A stretch of DNA of 64,000 nt from assembly GCF_963921235.1 (NCBI RefSeq), contig NC_086109.1:18540001-18604000 (forward strand), written 5' to 3'. Origin of the DNA: Mobula hypostoma. Its lineage: Eukaryota. This document shows, one piece after another, positions 51,613-64,000 of the stretch. How positions within the stretch are numbered: the stretch's first letter is position 1; each line of letters begins with the position of its first letter. A program made the position numbers and the translations under genes. The notes beneath the pieces were generated by a model. That model was not told the origin of the DNA. It did no database searches and was given only the letters and a program-made list of their open reading frames with translations.

Positions 51613-54079
51613 TTTAGAGAGGACAATACTGTTATACAAGTATGTTGTCCAGATTCCTTTTCTGAGTATTCCCTGAGTCAACATGACATTACTGGGCTTC
51701 GGGACATAAAGCGGGAATTTAATAAACTACATATATAGGGGACCAGCTGGGTTTATTTATTTCCCAACTGAGAACCGTATACCTCAACAAATGTTTCATT
51801 GATTCTTGTTTTCATGGTCCACGACATTATTAGTTTGCTTTAAACAAGTTAAATGAGAAGCAAAATGGCATACCTACATTCAAATAATGGAAAATGGGTT
51901 CATTCATGTAATACATCTACTGTGTTCATTATTAAGATTTCAAATTGTAGTGAGAACGGTGAAAAATGTTTACTCAATAAACTACAAGTTAGTTTAATAA
52001 AAGGAACATGCACAGTAGTCAACCCTCTGCCCTTAAATATTTATTGCTTTAAGATTTCAAATAAAATTTTCTGCTTCGAACAGTTAAGTATATTTTTCAA
52101 ATGTGATTAAGTGAGTAACCAGCACGTTACTCTTCAAAATTGTTGGCTGAAAGCAGCTCAGCTTGGAAACAACAAAATGTTTAATCCCTTCATTTCAGAT
52201 CATTGTTCCTTTCCTCTGCTTTCCTGCCACATCTGCTCTTCCGTGACCTTGATGCAGCTGTTCCTTACTGAACACACCAGCTCTTTGTCCACTCCATGGT
52301 AAGTATAGTTTATTACTTTCCAGATTTAATTTCTTCTGCTTCAAGTAAATTTAATGGATGTGACAAGTTAATTAAGGCATATTCGATTTGAATCCAATAG
52401 CCTAATTGTGAAAAATGTGCTTAAAACTAAAACTGGAGCACAAAAGCTGAATTTAAACCATATTTCAAATCAGGTTAAACACACACTTAAAATTTGTATA
52501 CATTCTCAAAACAAAATCAATAAAACATGTAAATAAACCATTACGCAGTGGCACACCAGATGTTCAAACGCTGACTTCTAAATTTATATTGAACAAAATT
52601 TACTGAGATATATGAAGTTACAATAAGTCAATTAAATGGCATTAATCGATGATAACTTCCCTTACACTGATATAATTTCCTCATTGGCTATACTTCAAGA
52701 ATCATAATGAAAAGGATGATTTTCTTAAAAGAAAAACTTCTCTCCCTCCCCAGCCCCCAAGTAAAAGACCTTCTTGGCGAAGGGAATGAAAGATGGAGGT
52801 AATCCAATAATGGAAAATCTCTGATTACCAAGCAAAACAACAAGCGGATGTTTCCAAATACAGGAGTGCACAAGCTTATTCAATAAAAATTATCCTTTGA
52901 CTCAGGGTAACTGAAGGTGCTAAAGACTTGAGTCAACAACTTGAATCAAACATTCAAAAACTTATACACTGTATTTCGTTAGAGAATTAAGATTACTGAA
53001 AACGTAACACCGACATACTGGGGAATATCTCTAAAAGGTCTTTATGAGAAATGGAATTCCAGTCCAAGTCTTTCAGTATAAAATTAAGGTAATTATATAT
53101 TTAATAGATAGATATTCTACAGAACAATATAAAGAGTTAAGTGTTATTGTCCATTAAGCAAACATCGGCAGTATCCATGTCCATATATGCAGCTTGATTT
53201 AGATGCATTCAGTGGTGACTAGGAGATTTCTGTACGCCTCAATACCCGGATAAACAAATTAACAACAACAAACTACACACTAGATTTGCAAATTTGATGA
53301 TTTTTGCCACTGTCCCCTAAATTTGGATGTTTAACATTGTCATTTAACATTGTGCAACAATGAAAAAAGCATGCACAAATGGGCTCGCATCAGACCATTG
53401 GCTTTCAGTTAGGTAGCACTTGGAAACCAATCAAAGACGTAATGGCCTAGAATTTGCTTGAGCAGGGATTCTTGCAGCAGTTGCCATGAGTTGGCTTATT
53501 TCCTTCAGTTAGCACCACATTTTGCATTGCAAATGGTTGGAACAGCATAACTGACAATGGCTGAACAGTTCAACATGAGTGGCGAAAGGGACATATATAA
53601 AAAAAGGACAATATGACTGGATCAAGTGAGAAGATTTAAAAGGAGAAGTAAAATAAAACTGAAAATTTAATATATATCATCTCTAGGAACTATTTGCCAT
53701 CTGTAGTTAAGTTCCACTTTTTCCTTTTCTTGGCCTGGCAGTTCAGAACCATAAAGTACTACATTTCCTGTGTCCTATACGCTCTGCATTTCTATGGCGA
53801 GTTTAATTCATACTTCTGGCCTAGTTTCAATAACTTTTTACTGTTCAGAGGCAAGTTGACAAGAGTGATTTCATATCTGTTAAGCTAATGACAGGCGCAC
53901 AAATCATTCAGCAATTTGCAGCAATTGGCCACACTTGTGTCCACAGCTTAAATTACTATATTTTTCGTGCTTTTATAAGAAGGTATCCCATAACATGCTG
54001 TTATTTTACTCTGAGCCAATAAATCCATGATACACCAACAAAAAGGTATGTCGCATCCGGAATTTTCTGGTTAGCAAGC

Positions 54080-54298
54080 TATTTCTTTCCACGCCGTTCT
54101 GACGTATTGGGAAATCGTGTACAAGGCAAGTTACAGCAGTGGTTTGCCATTGCCTTCTGCCGCGTGAGTTTTTTCTTTAAGAGATCACCAGCTCTTAACC
54201 CACGGATGGAGAGCATGCAAAGATGCCAGCTGGAATCGAACTCGGGACCTCTCACCCCGAAGTCCAGCGCTGATGCCACTATGCCACCAGCCAGCTAA
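54080..54298 (-). mobile_element. tRNA-derived SINE with RTE-type motif
   Basis: Minus-strand A-box TGGCATAGTGG, B-box GAGTTCGATTCC, downstream GAAGGCAATGGCAAACCACT. Confidence 0.7.
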
Positions 54299-54772
54299 CA
54301 CCAACAAACTTATATTTAATATGCCCACCAGATAAGGAACTTGTGAGGAGGAAAACAATTACTGTAATTCTTGGTTTAGCTAAGCCTCTGAACAAAATTA
54401 AATGATTTTAAATCATGATCAATCACAATATTTAAAATATTCCAGATAAAACATTATACTGTAAACTCAGTGCTAACAACCCACAGCAACACTTATTGAC
54501 TGAAAGGTTATATTGGGTTATATTTAATGATGACTAAGTGTCACATACTGGACTTAACATCATCAAAGAGTCATAGTGTCATAGCGCACTACAGAACAGA
54601 AACAAGACATTTGGTCCATCTAATCTGAGCTGAACTTTTACTCTGTCTAGTCCCACATCTGGGCCAAAGCCCTCCATACTCCTCCCATCCAAGTACTTAA
54701 TCAAACTTCTCTTAAATGTTGCATTCAATATCATGGCAACCTAACATGTAAATTCAAAAACTTCAATGAATT

Positions 54773-55480
54773 AGAATCAGAATCAGAATCCAGTATAACA
54801 TCACTGGCATATGTCATGAAATTTAACTTTGCGGCAGCAGTACAATGCAATACATGATAATATAGAAAAACTATGAATTACAGTATGTATGTATATATAT
54901 ATATATATATACATACATACACAGTATATATAAGCCTGAATCACTGAGTATACGCCTTCAGGCTTCTGTACCTCCTTCCTGATGGTAACAATGAGAAGAG
55001 GGCATGGCCTGGGTGATGGGGATCCTTGATGATGGAAGCCACTTTTCTGAGGCACCGTTCCTTGAAGATATCTCGGATACCAATGAGGCTAGTACCCATG
55101 ATGGAGCTGACTAATTTTACAACTCTCTGCAGCTTACTTCGATCCTGTGCAGCAGCCCGCCCCCCCCCCGTACCAGATGGTGACGCAGCCAGTTAGAATG
55201 CTCTCCATGGTACATCTGTAGAAATCTACGAGTGTTTTAGGTGACATACCAAATCTCCTCAAACCCCAAGCCACTGTCTTGCCTTCTTTATAGCTGCATT
55301 GATGTGTTGGAACCAGTTTAGATGCCCAGGAACCTGAAACTGCTCACTCTCTCCACTCCTGATTCCTCTTTGAAGATTGGTTTGGGTTCCCCCGACATTA
55401 CCCTTTCTGAAGTCCGCAATCAGCTCTTTGGTCCTACTGACGTTGAGTGCAAGGTTGTAGCTGCGACACCACTCAACTAG
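54773..55480 (-). mobile_element. Rex-Babar 3' fragment with (TA)n inside the 3'UTR
   Basis: (AGAATC)n tail; colinear with 42420-43180. Confidence 0.85.
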
Positions 55481-57201
55481 CTTATTATCTCTTTATACTT
55501 TTTACACCTTATTGTTTTCTTCCAATTAGGAATATTAACAGAGTGGTATCGAGACTGGCTTTAGGAGATCAGCAGTGGCAATGATTAACACAGGATACAT
55601 GACAGTAGAGGTTAGATTAATTCTAACTTCTCATATTGCTAGGCTTAACTACCTATCCATAAACATTCAATTATGTAATTGGTAGCTACTGAATAAACAA
55701 AAGCCTTGTCAAAAATACTTCAAGGGCAATGAATTAAACAAAAAGGATGTTACTCATAATTCTTCTATATATCAATACTGCCACAGATGGTTAGTACTTC
55801 CAAATGTATATTCATGAGCTTATTATAGAAAGTGTGATCCACTGCCAGCTACTGTGCAGGGTAGTGACAGCAAAGAACAACTTGTGATAAATCAATAAAT
55901 AAATGCATGTGGGTAATTAAATACAGAACAGACCTTAAAGATTTAAGTAGCACAATGAAAAATGGCAGATGAAAGATATGAGTCAATAAGGTTCTGAATA
56001 TTAGTCACACGAAAGTACAATTAAATTATATATGCAAATTAAGAACAACAAAAAAATGAAAAGAAAACATTCCTCTCCAAAGAGAAGGGAATACCCAAGT
56101 TGTTTCTGTAATTAATGGCCCTCCAAGGAAATTTCAAGCTATGCCATTGTTGCTTTAGTAAATTGTAGCCCTTTCTCTTTATTACAAGAGACAATTTCTT
56201 CCTGAACTGTTAATATCAGCATAAAGAAACTGCTTAAATCCGTATTTCCTTTACATTCAAACGAAAGCATGCACTTTAAAAAAAATGTTAAGGGTGATAA
56301 CTGTTTTCTCCACAACCAACTAAAAGAAAAATTGTCTCATCTTGTATGGCTTAAGGATGACCCAAAGTGCTTCCTCTGAAATGCAGGAAGGAAACAAATT
56401 GCTTATATGACATCTTCCACGACAGATGGAATGTCCTTTACAGTCATTTAAGTACTTTTAAACTATTACTGATTAATATACAATAAGCATGCTTTCCCAG
56501 TGACTGGACACCACTAACGACTATGCAGCCTTTTAGTATTAGATGGGGCATGAAGAAAGTACTGAGTTGAACAGCTATCAACATTAAGGGGCTTTCCATG
56601 GAGCTGATCTCTCCCCTTCCAATCGGGACATTCACAAAACCCTCCCCCTCACTTGGCAAAGTGCTTCAACTACACAAAACTCAAATCAGAATTGGGAGAG
56701 CAGGGTGCAAACGAAGTTCAGAAAGAAATCGAAGCAGAATTTTTGTTTTTAAGAAAAATAAAACATTTAGTCGTTATCTATTTTGACCTGAAAATACAGA
56801 ATCATCCTCCCCCCCAAAAAATGTTGCGATCTATTCCTAGAGTATAAAACTACAGAGAAATCATAAAAGACGAAATGTAGATTTACAAGATGAAACTTGT
56901 AATTTACAGTAAGATTTTTAATCTGATTGCAAATTCCTGATTTTTTTCTTTTATCAAGTCAATCGGTCCCTGTTGAAGGGTTACATAAAAAGGCTACTAA
57001 TAGCGTTTTGTCCAGAGAAATTGACTAGAAAAAAAGGGGAAAAGAAATTAAAACTACAAAGTACAGAACGAAAAGAGTAAAATATTCCCGAAAGGTCTGA
57101 AAATAAATCCACTTCAAAACTCCCACAACATAAATCGACATAAAACATCGAGTACTTACAATAATCATAAAAATACTTTATTAGATGGAAAAAAAACTTA
57201 C

Positions 57202-57310
57202 ATTTAGTGCTTTTTTTCTCCAGCTCTCCGTGTTGACGATTCGACTCAATCTCAGCAGCTTTCCTCTCTCACTTTTTTTCCGCCCGCCTCTTTCACCGCT
57301 GGATGTCATA
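57202..57310 (-). other. CTTNBP2NL: Probable non-coding first exon (5'UTR) of CTTNBP2NL; TSS approximate
   Basis: Consensus donor AAT|gtaagt (57196-57201 on minus) just downstream of the only promoter-like GC-rich segment. A second gtaagt lies at 57154-57159. Confidence 0.6.
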
Positions 57311-57570
57311 TAGGTTGAGTGGCAATGGCTTCCGCCAATGGGAAGCCAAGATCCTCGGGACAATTTTCCAATGAGTTCGGCCAGCGGGGCGGAAGACGAA
57401 AGGAGCGGATGGGCGGGGAGACATCTGTCCCGGCCCCTTCGTTTCGATCGAAAGCCACGCATGCTCAGTGAAGTAGGCGGGGCTTTCGCCTTCCCTTTGT
57501 TTCCCCGTCGTTCAGCTTTCCTCTCCGAGGAGTTAAATGTCACTTCCGGCGGGTGGGGTTTCCCTACAAT
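57230..57570. promoter_or_regulatory. CpG-rich promoter, possibly bidirectional
   Basis: Local GC/CpG enrichment in AT-rich non-repeat DNA. CCAAT at 57335 and 57368, GC boxes at 57411 and 57475, ETS-type ACTTCCGG at 57542. Confidence 0.75.
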
Positions 57571-59611
57571 GATACAAACTTTGCAAACAGCTGTTACAAA
57601 TTTGGATACAACCTTGCAGATAAGGTACCCGTCTTTTTCTCCCTGGTTAAAATGTGTTTATTAATAGATAGTTTGTGTGAAGTATTTCCTTATTGTTTAA
57701 AGTTATTGTATTAATGATGGAAAGAAAATGACAACTTGGCACACCAGCATGCAAAATATATATTTACTGTCGCGTTTAATCCGGGTGAACTTGCTTTATT
57801 TTTCCGAGTGGTCTGCTCCACAAAGAATGCTGAGCCCTCAGGAAATTTTGATTGTGCTGTGATTATAAACGTTTGTTTTCAGGACTTTTCTTTGGAAAAG
57901 GAGAGGTATGGTTTCCGGAGTGACAGGTGTAGTCTGTATTGAAACTCACTTTAACAAACGGGACAGGAGTCATCCAAGTTCAACTGTTTATTGTGGGTGC
58001 GTTTGATGTGCAATGCTGTAACTAAAAGGAGTGGTGGAGTATCTTCAAGGAAAAGTTTTAAAATTTCTGAACAAACTTTTGAAACTGACTGCGCGGTGGT
58101 TGGGATAGAATTGATGGAATTAGGATCTAGTCTGAAGGAATTAGTTATTGGGTTTGACATTTCTATTCTCCATTGAGTTACCGGCTCTTAGAATTCCCAA
58201 TCAATTTGATTCCCTCTCATATGCTCATTAACTTCCCCCACCCCTCATTCCCCTGTCATGCAATTACGTTTATAGTTAAAATATTAACTAGCAAGTTAAC
58301 CTAACAACTTATCTTTTGAGATATCAGAGACAATAATCGGAGTAGCGGTCACGAAGAGAATGTCCAAACTCCACACAGCAGTAGCAAGCACGTAGTTTTA
58401 AGCTCAATTATCTTGTACTGGAGTTTATCAAGTCCAATTATCCAACCACTATGAGGGAGTATGCCTTCATAATGAGTGCCTGTCATATGTTTCCATTCTA
58501 TCTTTGTTGTGCAATATACAATGCACTGCTTCCAAGGTAGCAGAAAGCTACTATAATTGAATTGGATAACTAAATAATCAAATTGATTTTTAAAGCTATC
58601 AGTTTTTATATTGATTGAATTTACCACATTGAGGGCCTTTTTATGTCACAGATTTTCATCAGTTTCACCGTCATCAGGTTCAGAAGCCACATTCGAGCTC
58701 TCAGCCTCTTTCCTTCTTTAAAATGAAATTTACACCTTTGAATAAACTGCCTCAGTTTGTGTGTGTAATTCTGGTCAAGCAAAGGTATTATTTAAATTCA
58801 TGTGGTTGTGGTAGTTCTGCACCCCACCTGGAGCAATTTGACCTTTCAAGAATGTTTTGCAGTGTGAAAGATTTATAACTGATCTCTGTGTCATTTTTAT
58901 GTATGTGGTAAAACGTGTCCTTGGGGAGCATTCCTAGAAGCTCCATTTATGTCCCTGTGTGCAAGAGTGACCTTTTTAGTTATTGAATCAATTTTTTTAA
59001 ATCGTAAGGACACTTAAACATGATTTCTGCAAATACAGAAAGATAGAAGGGGAAAAATGTTCAGTTTAGTAACATTTTCCTAAAGCAGGGTGACCAAAGC
59101 TGATAATACACTAGATGTGTGGTCTCCACAGTTTTTATACTCAATGTCCCTGGACTTATGAAGACCAAAACTCTGTCTACCTGTGACTTGGTACTTGTGA
59201 AGGGCTCCTTGATCTCCTCTGGGCAGGGTGATTTTCAAAAGTGATATGAGCAAGTGGCTATTCTTTCCAGTCATCTGTGCCTCCCCCACTGGCTTCGGAG
59301 GCCATCTGGCCCAATGAGTACATGCTAGTTTTCAGGGCAATCTCATAAATTTGCTCCGCTCCCCACTTATTGCCATATTAACTTTGATCTCGTGAATTTC
59401 CATCAACAACACCCCCCCCCCCATTTTGCCATCCACCTGGCTTAAGGAAATTCACAGTAGGCTATTAACCTACTGACCGACACACCTTTCGATGTGGGGT
59501 TGGTGGAAAACTGGAACATGAGGAGTAAACCCATAGAGTCACAGGGAGAACAAGTAAACCACAGCAGAGGAGTCAGAATCAAAACTGGGTCGCTGAGCTT
59601 GAGAGGCAGCA

Positions 59612-59885
59612 AAGACAAGTGCGTAAAAAGGGCCCAAAGGATCATTGGGGACCTGAATCACCCCAACCACAAACTGTTCCAGCTGCTACCATCCGGGAAA
59701 CGGTACTGCAGCATAAAAGCCAGGACCAACAGGCTCCGGGACAGTTTCCTCCCCCAGGCCATCAGACTCCTTAATTCACGCTGAACCATACTACTTACTA
59801 TAAATTGCACACTTAGATGAAGATGTAACATAAACATTTTTACTCCTCATGTATATGAAGGATGTAAGAAATAAAGTCAATTCTT
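59612..59885 (+). mobile_element. Rex-Babar 3' fragment, preceded by a V-SINE-like remnant at ~59420-59610
   Basis: HPNHKLFQLLPSGKRYCSIKARTNRLRDSFLPQAIRLLN. Confidence 0.85.
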
Positions 59886-60877
59886 TCTGCTGAGAATCTG
59901 TTAGAGGTGAGAAGGAAGGACAAAGTTTAAAAAAAGTCTAATGTTAATATAATTTGGGCTTGAGGTGTTGCCATAATTAACTATCCATCTCTAGCTGCCC
60001 GTGAGAAGCTTGTGGTGAACTAGTCCAGCACTTCCGGTGAAGGTGCTCTAGGACAGGAATGCACAACGAAGCGTCTGGACACAAAACATTTGCCATCCAT
60101 TTCCCTGCACAGATGCTGCCTGACCAGTTGAGTTTTCATCAGCAATTTGTTGTTTTTTTTCTGTTTCAGGATTTAAACCACTTTAGCACTGTTGGATCCT
60201 GGTGTTTTTGCAATCCAGAGGTTCTTCAGAAGTCAAGATTAAAACTTGCTTAAGGGTTACAAGAGTGAATGAAGAAAAGACAAAAAAGAAGTTGTGGTTG
60301 TGTCTTACTCGAGATAAAATTGCAGTGATGATGACTAAATATAAAATAGCCAGATTCAGGTGGTGTTACACTTCCTACAGAAAACCAAGGAGCTATTAGA
60401 AAAATAGAGAAGCAATTGTACCATAAATATTGGACAAATCATTGAACTTGTACACAATTTTATAAAAAATACAAGAAAATAATAATTCTACAGCCTAATC
60501 CAACAGGACTTTCTGTACCACTTGCGAATTGCAGAAATTGTATCGCTAAAACTGGTACTTGGGTATGGGAAAGCGTTCGATGTTGAAGTCTGAAATAAAG
60601 GGAAGCATTGCCCTCTACTGGTGGAGGAGTACTGTGTCAGAAAGCAAAGACTAAAAATTAGCGCCTTGGAAAGTAATTGGGCGCTTGAAAGTAAGTTTTC
60701 CTAACCCTCTCATTGGATGTTAGGCAGTGGACTCAGGCTAGAGATAAGCAAAATTGCCTAGATAATAATTAACTATAAAATGGCCACATTCAGCTGGCAT
60801 GACTATAATGTTAGTTATTTAGGATTTGGTTGAATTTTTTCCAGTCTGTGTATGCTCGTCCCCCACACTTTTGTCAG

Positions 60878-61440
60878 CATCAGAATCAGGTTTGTTATCA
60901 CCAGCGTGTTTCGTGAAATTTGTTAACTTAGCAGCAGCAGTACAATGCAATACATGATGATATAGAAAAAAAATCAATTACAGTAATTATGTATGTATAT
61001 TAAATAGATCAAAAAATAGTGAAAAACAGGGATATTGTAAAAACCAAGTGAGGTTCATGGGTTTAATGTACAATCAGAAATCGGATGGCAGAAGGGAAGA
61101 AGCTGTTCCTGAGTCACTGAGTGTGTGCCATCAGGCTTCTGTACCTCCTTCCTGAAGAGGGCACGTCCTGTGTGACGGAAGTCTTTAACAATGGATGCCA
61201 CCTTACTGAGGCACCACTCCTTGACGATGTCTTGGATACAATGGAGGCTAGTAGCCAAGGTGGAGCTGACTAATTCTAGCTCTTGGTCCTGTGCTGTAGC
61301 CACCCCGCCACTCCACCATACCAGACGGTGTCAGAGAGCTCTCCACAGTACGTCTGTAGAAGTTTTCGAGTGTTTTAGGTGACAAACGAAATCTCTTCAA
61401 ACTTCTGATGAAGTACAGTCGCTGTCTTGCCTTTATTATA
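60878..61440 (-). mobile_element. Rex-Babar 3' fragment
   Basis: CLSKVASIVKDF.H.G motif and an ATCAGAATC tail. Confidence 0.8.
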
Positions 61441-61857
61441 CTCTGTAATATCTGATGTAGAATCAGGAATCGGTTATCGGACCCCTTGAGCTTGCTCCTG
61501 TTGTTTGCTGTAACACCATGGCTAAGTATTTACATCAATGCCTCTGAACTACACTAATGCCACCGGTATCCACCCTCTATACTTTAAAAATATTAGATCA
61601 TTTTCACCCAAGATAATGATAACAACTGCCTGAATGCAATTTTTGAGATTCCTGTCCCTAATACCCCATGTCTTGTTGTTCCGCCCCAAAAAAAAACTGT
61701 ACTTAATCATCTCTGATTATGAAATACCAATGCATCGCCAGATAACAGACCACACCCTCAGGATTTCTAGTTCCAGTCTGCCTTCTGTTAATCAAAGTTG
61801 TTCATATCAATGCACTACAGGTGTTGGGAGGGGTTGAAAAACAATTTGGTCTTCTAT

Positions 61858-62215
61858 TTCAAAGTTCAAAGTAAATTTTATTATCAAAGTGCATGTTTGT
61901 TACCAAATACTACTCTTAAAATTCATTCACTGTGGAATGAAAAAGTACAATGGAAACAATGAAAAAAATATGCCCAAGGAAAGACTGACACATTGGTCAA
62001 ATACAAACATGAGTCAAGTAATAATAACAATGCTTGAGAACTTGAGTTGCTGAGTCCTTGCAAATGAGTGTTGAGGTGAGTGAAGTTGTCCACACTAGTT
62101 CAAGAGCCTGATGGTGAACTGTTCCTGAACTCGGTGGTGTTGGACCGAAGGCTCTGGTACCTTCCTCCTGATGATAGCGGTGAGAAGAAAGCATGGATTC
62201 GGATGGTGGGGATCA
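61858..62215 (-). mobile_element. Rex-Babar 3' fragment
   Basis: Similar to 3575-3990. Confidence 0.7.
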
Positions 62216-62364
62216 GATAAAGGAAGGTGCATTCAGTAGTTTGCCTTTTCTTGTTCGGCTATTTCTCTTCACGAGTTGAGGCCTCCACGCCACTCATACC
62301 CAACTGAGAACTGTGAAGTCCAGACTCTGTTATGTAAGCATTGATTACTCTTGTTTTCTTCCAG

Positions 62365-62448
62365 CTGATCTTCTGCTAAGATGAAAATGGCATCTGTTGA
62401 GGTTACAACTATTAACAACAGTAGTACTCTGTGTCTCAATGATCCCAG
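62365..62448 (+). CDS. Candidate start-codon exon of an unidentified divergent gene (MKMASVEVTTINNSSTLCLNDP...)
   Basis: Acceptor ttgttttcttccag, ATG at 62381, a second ATG in strong context (AAAATGG), donor CAG|gtaggt. Non-repeat sequence; no homology recognised. Confidence 0.35.
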
Positions 62449-62537
62449 GTAGGTGGTGTGCGAACTTACAGCACTGCGTTCTCCTGATCATAATTTATAG
62501 GCCTGCCGTGCTTGGGGTATGATTATTCAAGGGACAC

Positions 62538-62975
62538 TTCAAAGTGAATTTATTATCAACTTGTGTATCTGTCACTAAATTTTGTCCTGAGATTAGTTTT
62601 CTTGCAGCCTTTCACAGTAGAGCAAAGAAATACAATAGAATCAATGAAAACTATCCCCAAAGACTGGCAAGCAACCCGCGTGCTAAAGAACATGAACTGT
62701 TCAAATACAAAAAAGAAATAAATAATAACTAATACTGAGACCATGAGTTGTAGAGTCCTTGAAAGTGAGTCCGTAGGTTGTGTTTAGTGATTAGTTCAGT
62801 GTTGAGGTGAGTGAGGTAATCCATGCCTGTTCAAGACCATCATGGTTGAAGGGTGATAACTGTTCCTGAAGCTGGTGGTGTGGGACCTCAGGCTCTTGTA
62901 CCTCCTTCCCGATGGCAGCAGTGAGAAGAGAGCATGGTGGGGGCCCCTTGATGATGGATTCTGCTTTCTTACAGA
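62538..62975 (-). mobile_element. Rex-Babar 3' fragment
   Basis: HALFSLLPSGRRYKSLRSHTTSFRNSYHPS. Confidence 0.8.
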
Positions 62976-63204
62976 GGACAGCAATAGTCTGCTCTGTGAA
63001 TTGGCATTCTGTGAGAATGAATGCTGGTGAAGGTGGAGCAGCCCCATCACACCTCCAGTGACCTTGGTTCAGTCCTGATGTCTGGTGGTTTGTGACTCTG
63101 TGGGTTTGCCGTAGACTCACTGCTTTCCTGAAGCTGTGTGGGCTGGTAGGCTAATTACCCACAATGCATCGCTGAGTGGGAGAACCTGGAAGGAGATGAT
63201 GGGT

Positions 63205-63415
63205 GACCTGGGTTCAATTCCTACCTCTGTCTGTAAGGAGTTTGCACATTTTCCCTGTGCCTGTATAGGTTTCCTTTGGATGCTCTGGTAGCCTCCCACA
63301 TTGCAAAAACACACAGGTAGCAGGTTAATTAGTCACAAAGGTGTATTTGGGTGGCGCAGGCTCATTGTGCCGGAAGGCACTGTTACCTTGCTGTCTCTCT
63401 GAATAAAATAAATAC
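63205..63415 (+). mobile_element. V-SINE-like SINE, 5'-truncated
   Basis: B-box GGTTCAATTCC, TGTAAGGAGTTTGCAC core, AATAAATAAA tail. Confidence 0.65.
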
Positions 63416-63514
63416 AATGACATGCGATTTGAGGTTGGTGTGGATTCAGCGGTCCTGTCTCTGAGCTGTGTAATTCTGTCTATGATCACTGGATGGGAAT
63501 GATAATGCAGTCCC

Positions 63515-64000
63515 AAACGCAAGAAAATCTGCGGATGCTGGAAATCCAGAGTAACACGCACACAATTCTGGAGGAATTCAGCAGGTCAGGCAGCATCTAT
63601 GGAAATGAGTAAACAGTCGATGTTTCTGGCCAAGACCCTTCTTCAGGACTGCGGGGGAGGTGGGTGGAAATGCCTATATAAAAAGGTGGGGGAGGGATAG
63701 GAGGCTAGCTGGAGGTTGATAGATGAAGCCAAGTGCGTGGGAAAGTTGAGGACTGCAGAAGAAAGAATCTGATAGGAGATTGGACAATAGGAGAAAGGGA
63801 AGGGGGGGGACCTAGCAGGGAGTAATAGGCAGTTGAGAAGAAGTAAAAGGTCAGAGTGGGGAATGGAGGAAGGGTTGGTGGTGGTGGAGGGGAGGAATTT
63901 GGTTTACCAGAAGGAGAAATAGGCTGGAGGCTACCCAGACACATTATAAGGTGTTGCTCCTCCACCTTGTTGGCGACCTCCTCAGTGCAAGAGATGGCCA
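63515..64000 (-). mobile_element. Penelope-like 3' end with GIY-YIG C-terminus and hammerhead-like motif (63615-63650)
   Basis: EEQHLIMCLGSLQP; minus-strand AGTCCTGAAGAAGGGTCTTGGCCAGAAACATCGACT. Confidence 0.8.

Noticed and set aside
54225..54298. tRNA gene
   Set aside because: It has A and B boxes but continues into SINE-like body sequence, and I could not establish a clean cloverleaf. Called as a SINE head.
57181..57664. ORFs of 120 and 108 aa across the promoter
   Set aside because: Expected by chance in GC-rich sequence; no recognisable protein.
60170..60360. Plus-strand exon candidate after the tttctgtttcag acceptor
   Set aside because: The acceptor derives from a Penelope-like remnant; there is no strong donor or convincing frame.

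Overview
Eukaryotic, repeat-rich vertebrate genomic DNA. The CR1, Rex-Babar, Penelope, V-SINE and Tc1 repertoire suggests a cartilaginous fish, probably a ray (inference). Most of the window is the 5' part of a minus-strand CTTNBP2NL gene. It has a GC/CpG-rich promoter with a probable non-coding first exon (~57.2-57.6 kb), a start-codon exon (38134-38239, MNLENLSKSELL...) and a 231-nt coding exon (1955-2185), separated by introns of ~19 kb and ~36 kb. The introns are full of transposable elements: a young 5'-truncated CR1 LINE with an uninterrupted ORF2, many Rex-Babar fragments, hammerhead-bearing Penelope-like elements (several as fold-back insertions with target-site duplications), Tc1 fossils, a hAT MITE, SINEs and a Gypsy relic with PNMA-like gag. 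The main observations are three. (1) The CR1 ORF1/ORF2 junction has an in-phase U_UUA_AAC slippery heptamer, and ORF2 has no AUG before codon ~202, which suggests -1 ribosomal frameshifting. (2) One Penelope-like copy appears massively A-to-G hypermutated on its sense strand, consistent with ADAR-edited RNA retrotransposed into the genome. (3) The promoter may be bidirectional, with a candidate divergent plus-strand gene. TE family calls come from recalled motifs, not database searches, and most TE boundaries are approximate.
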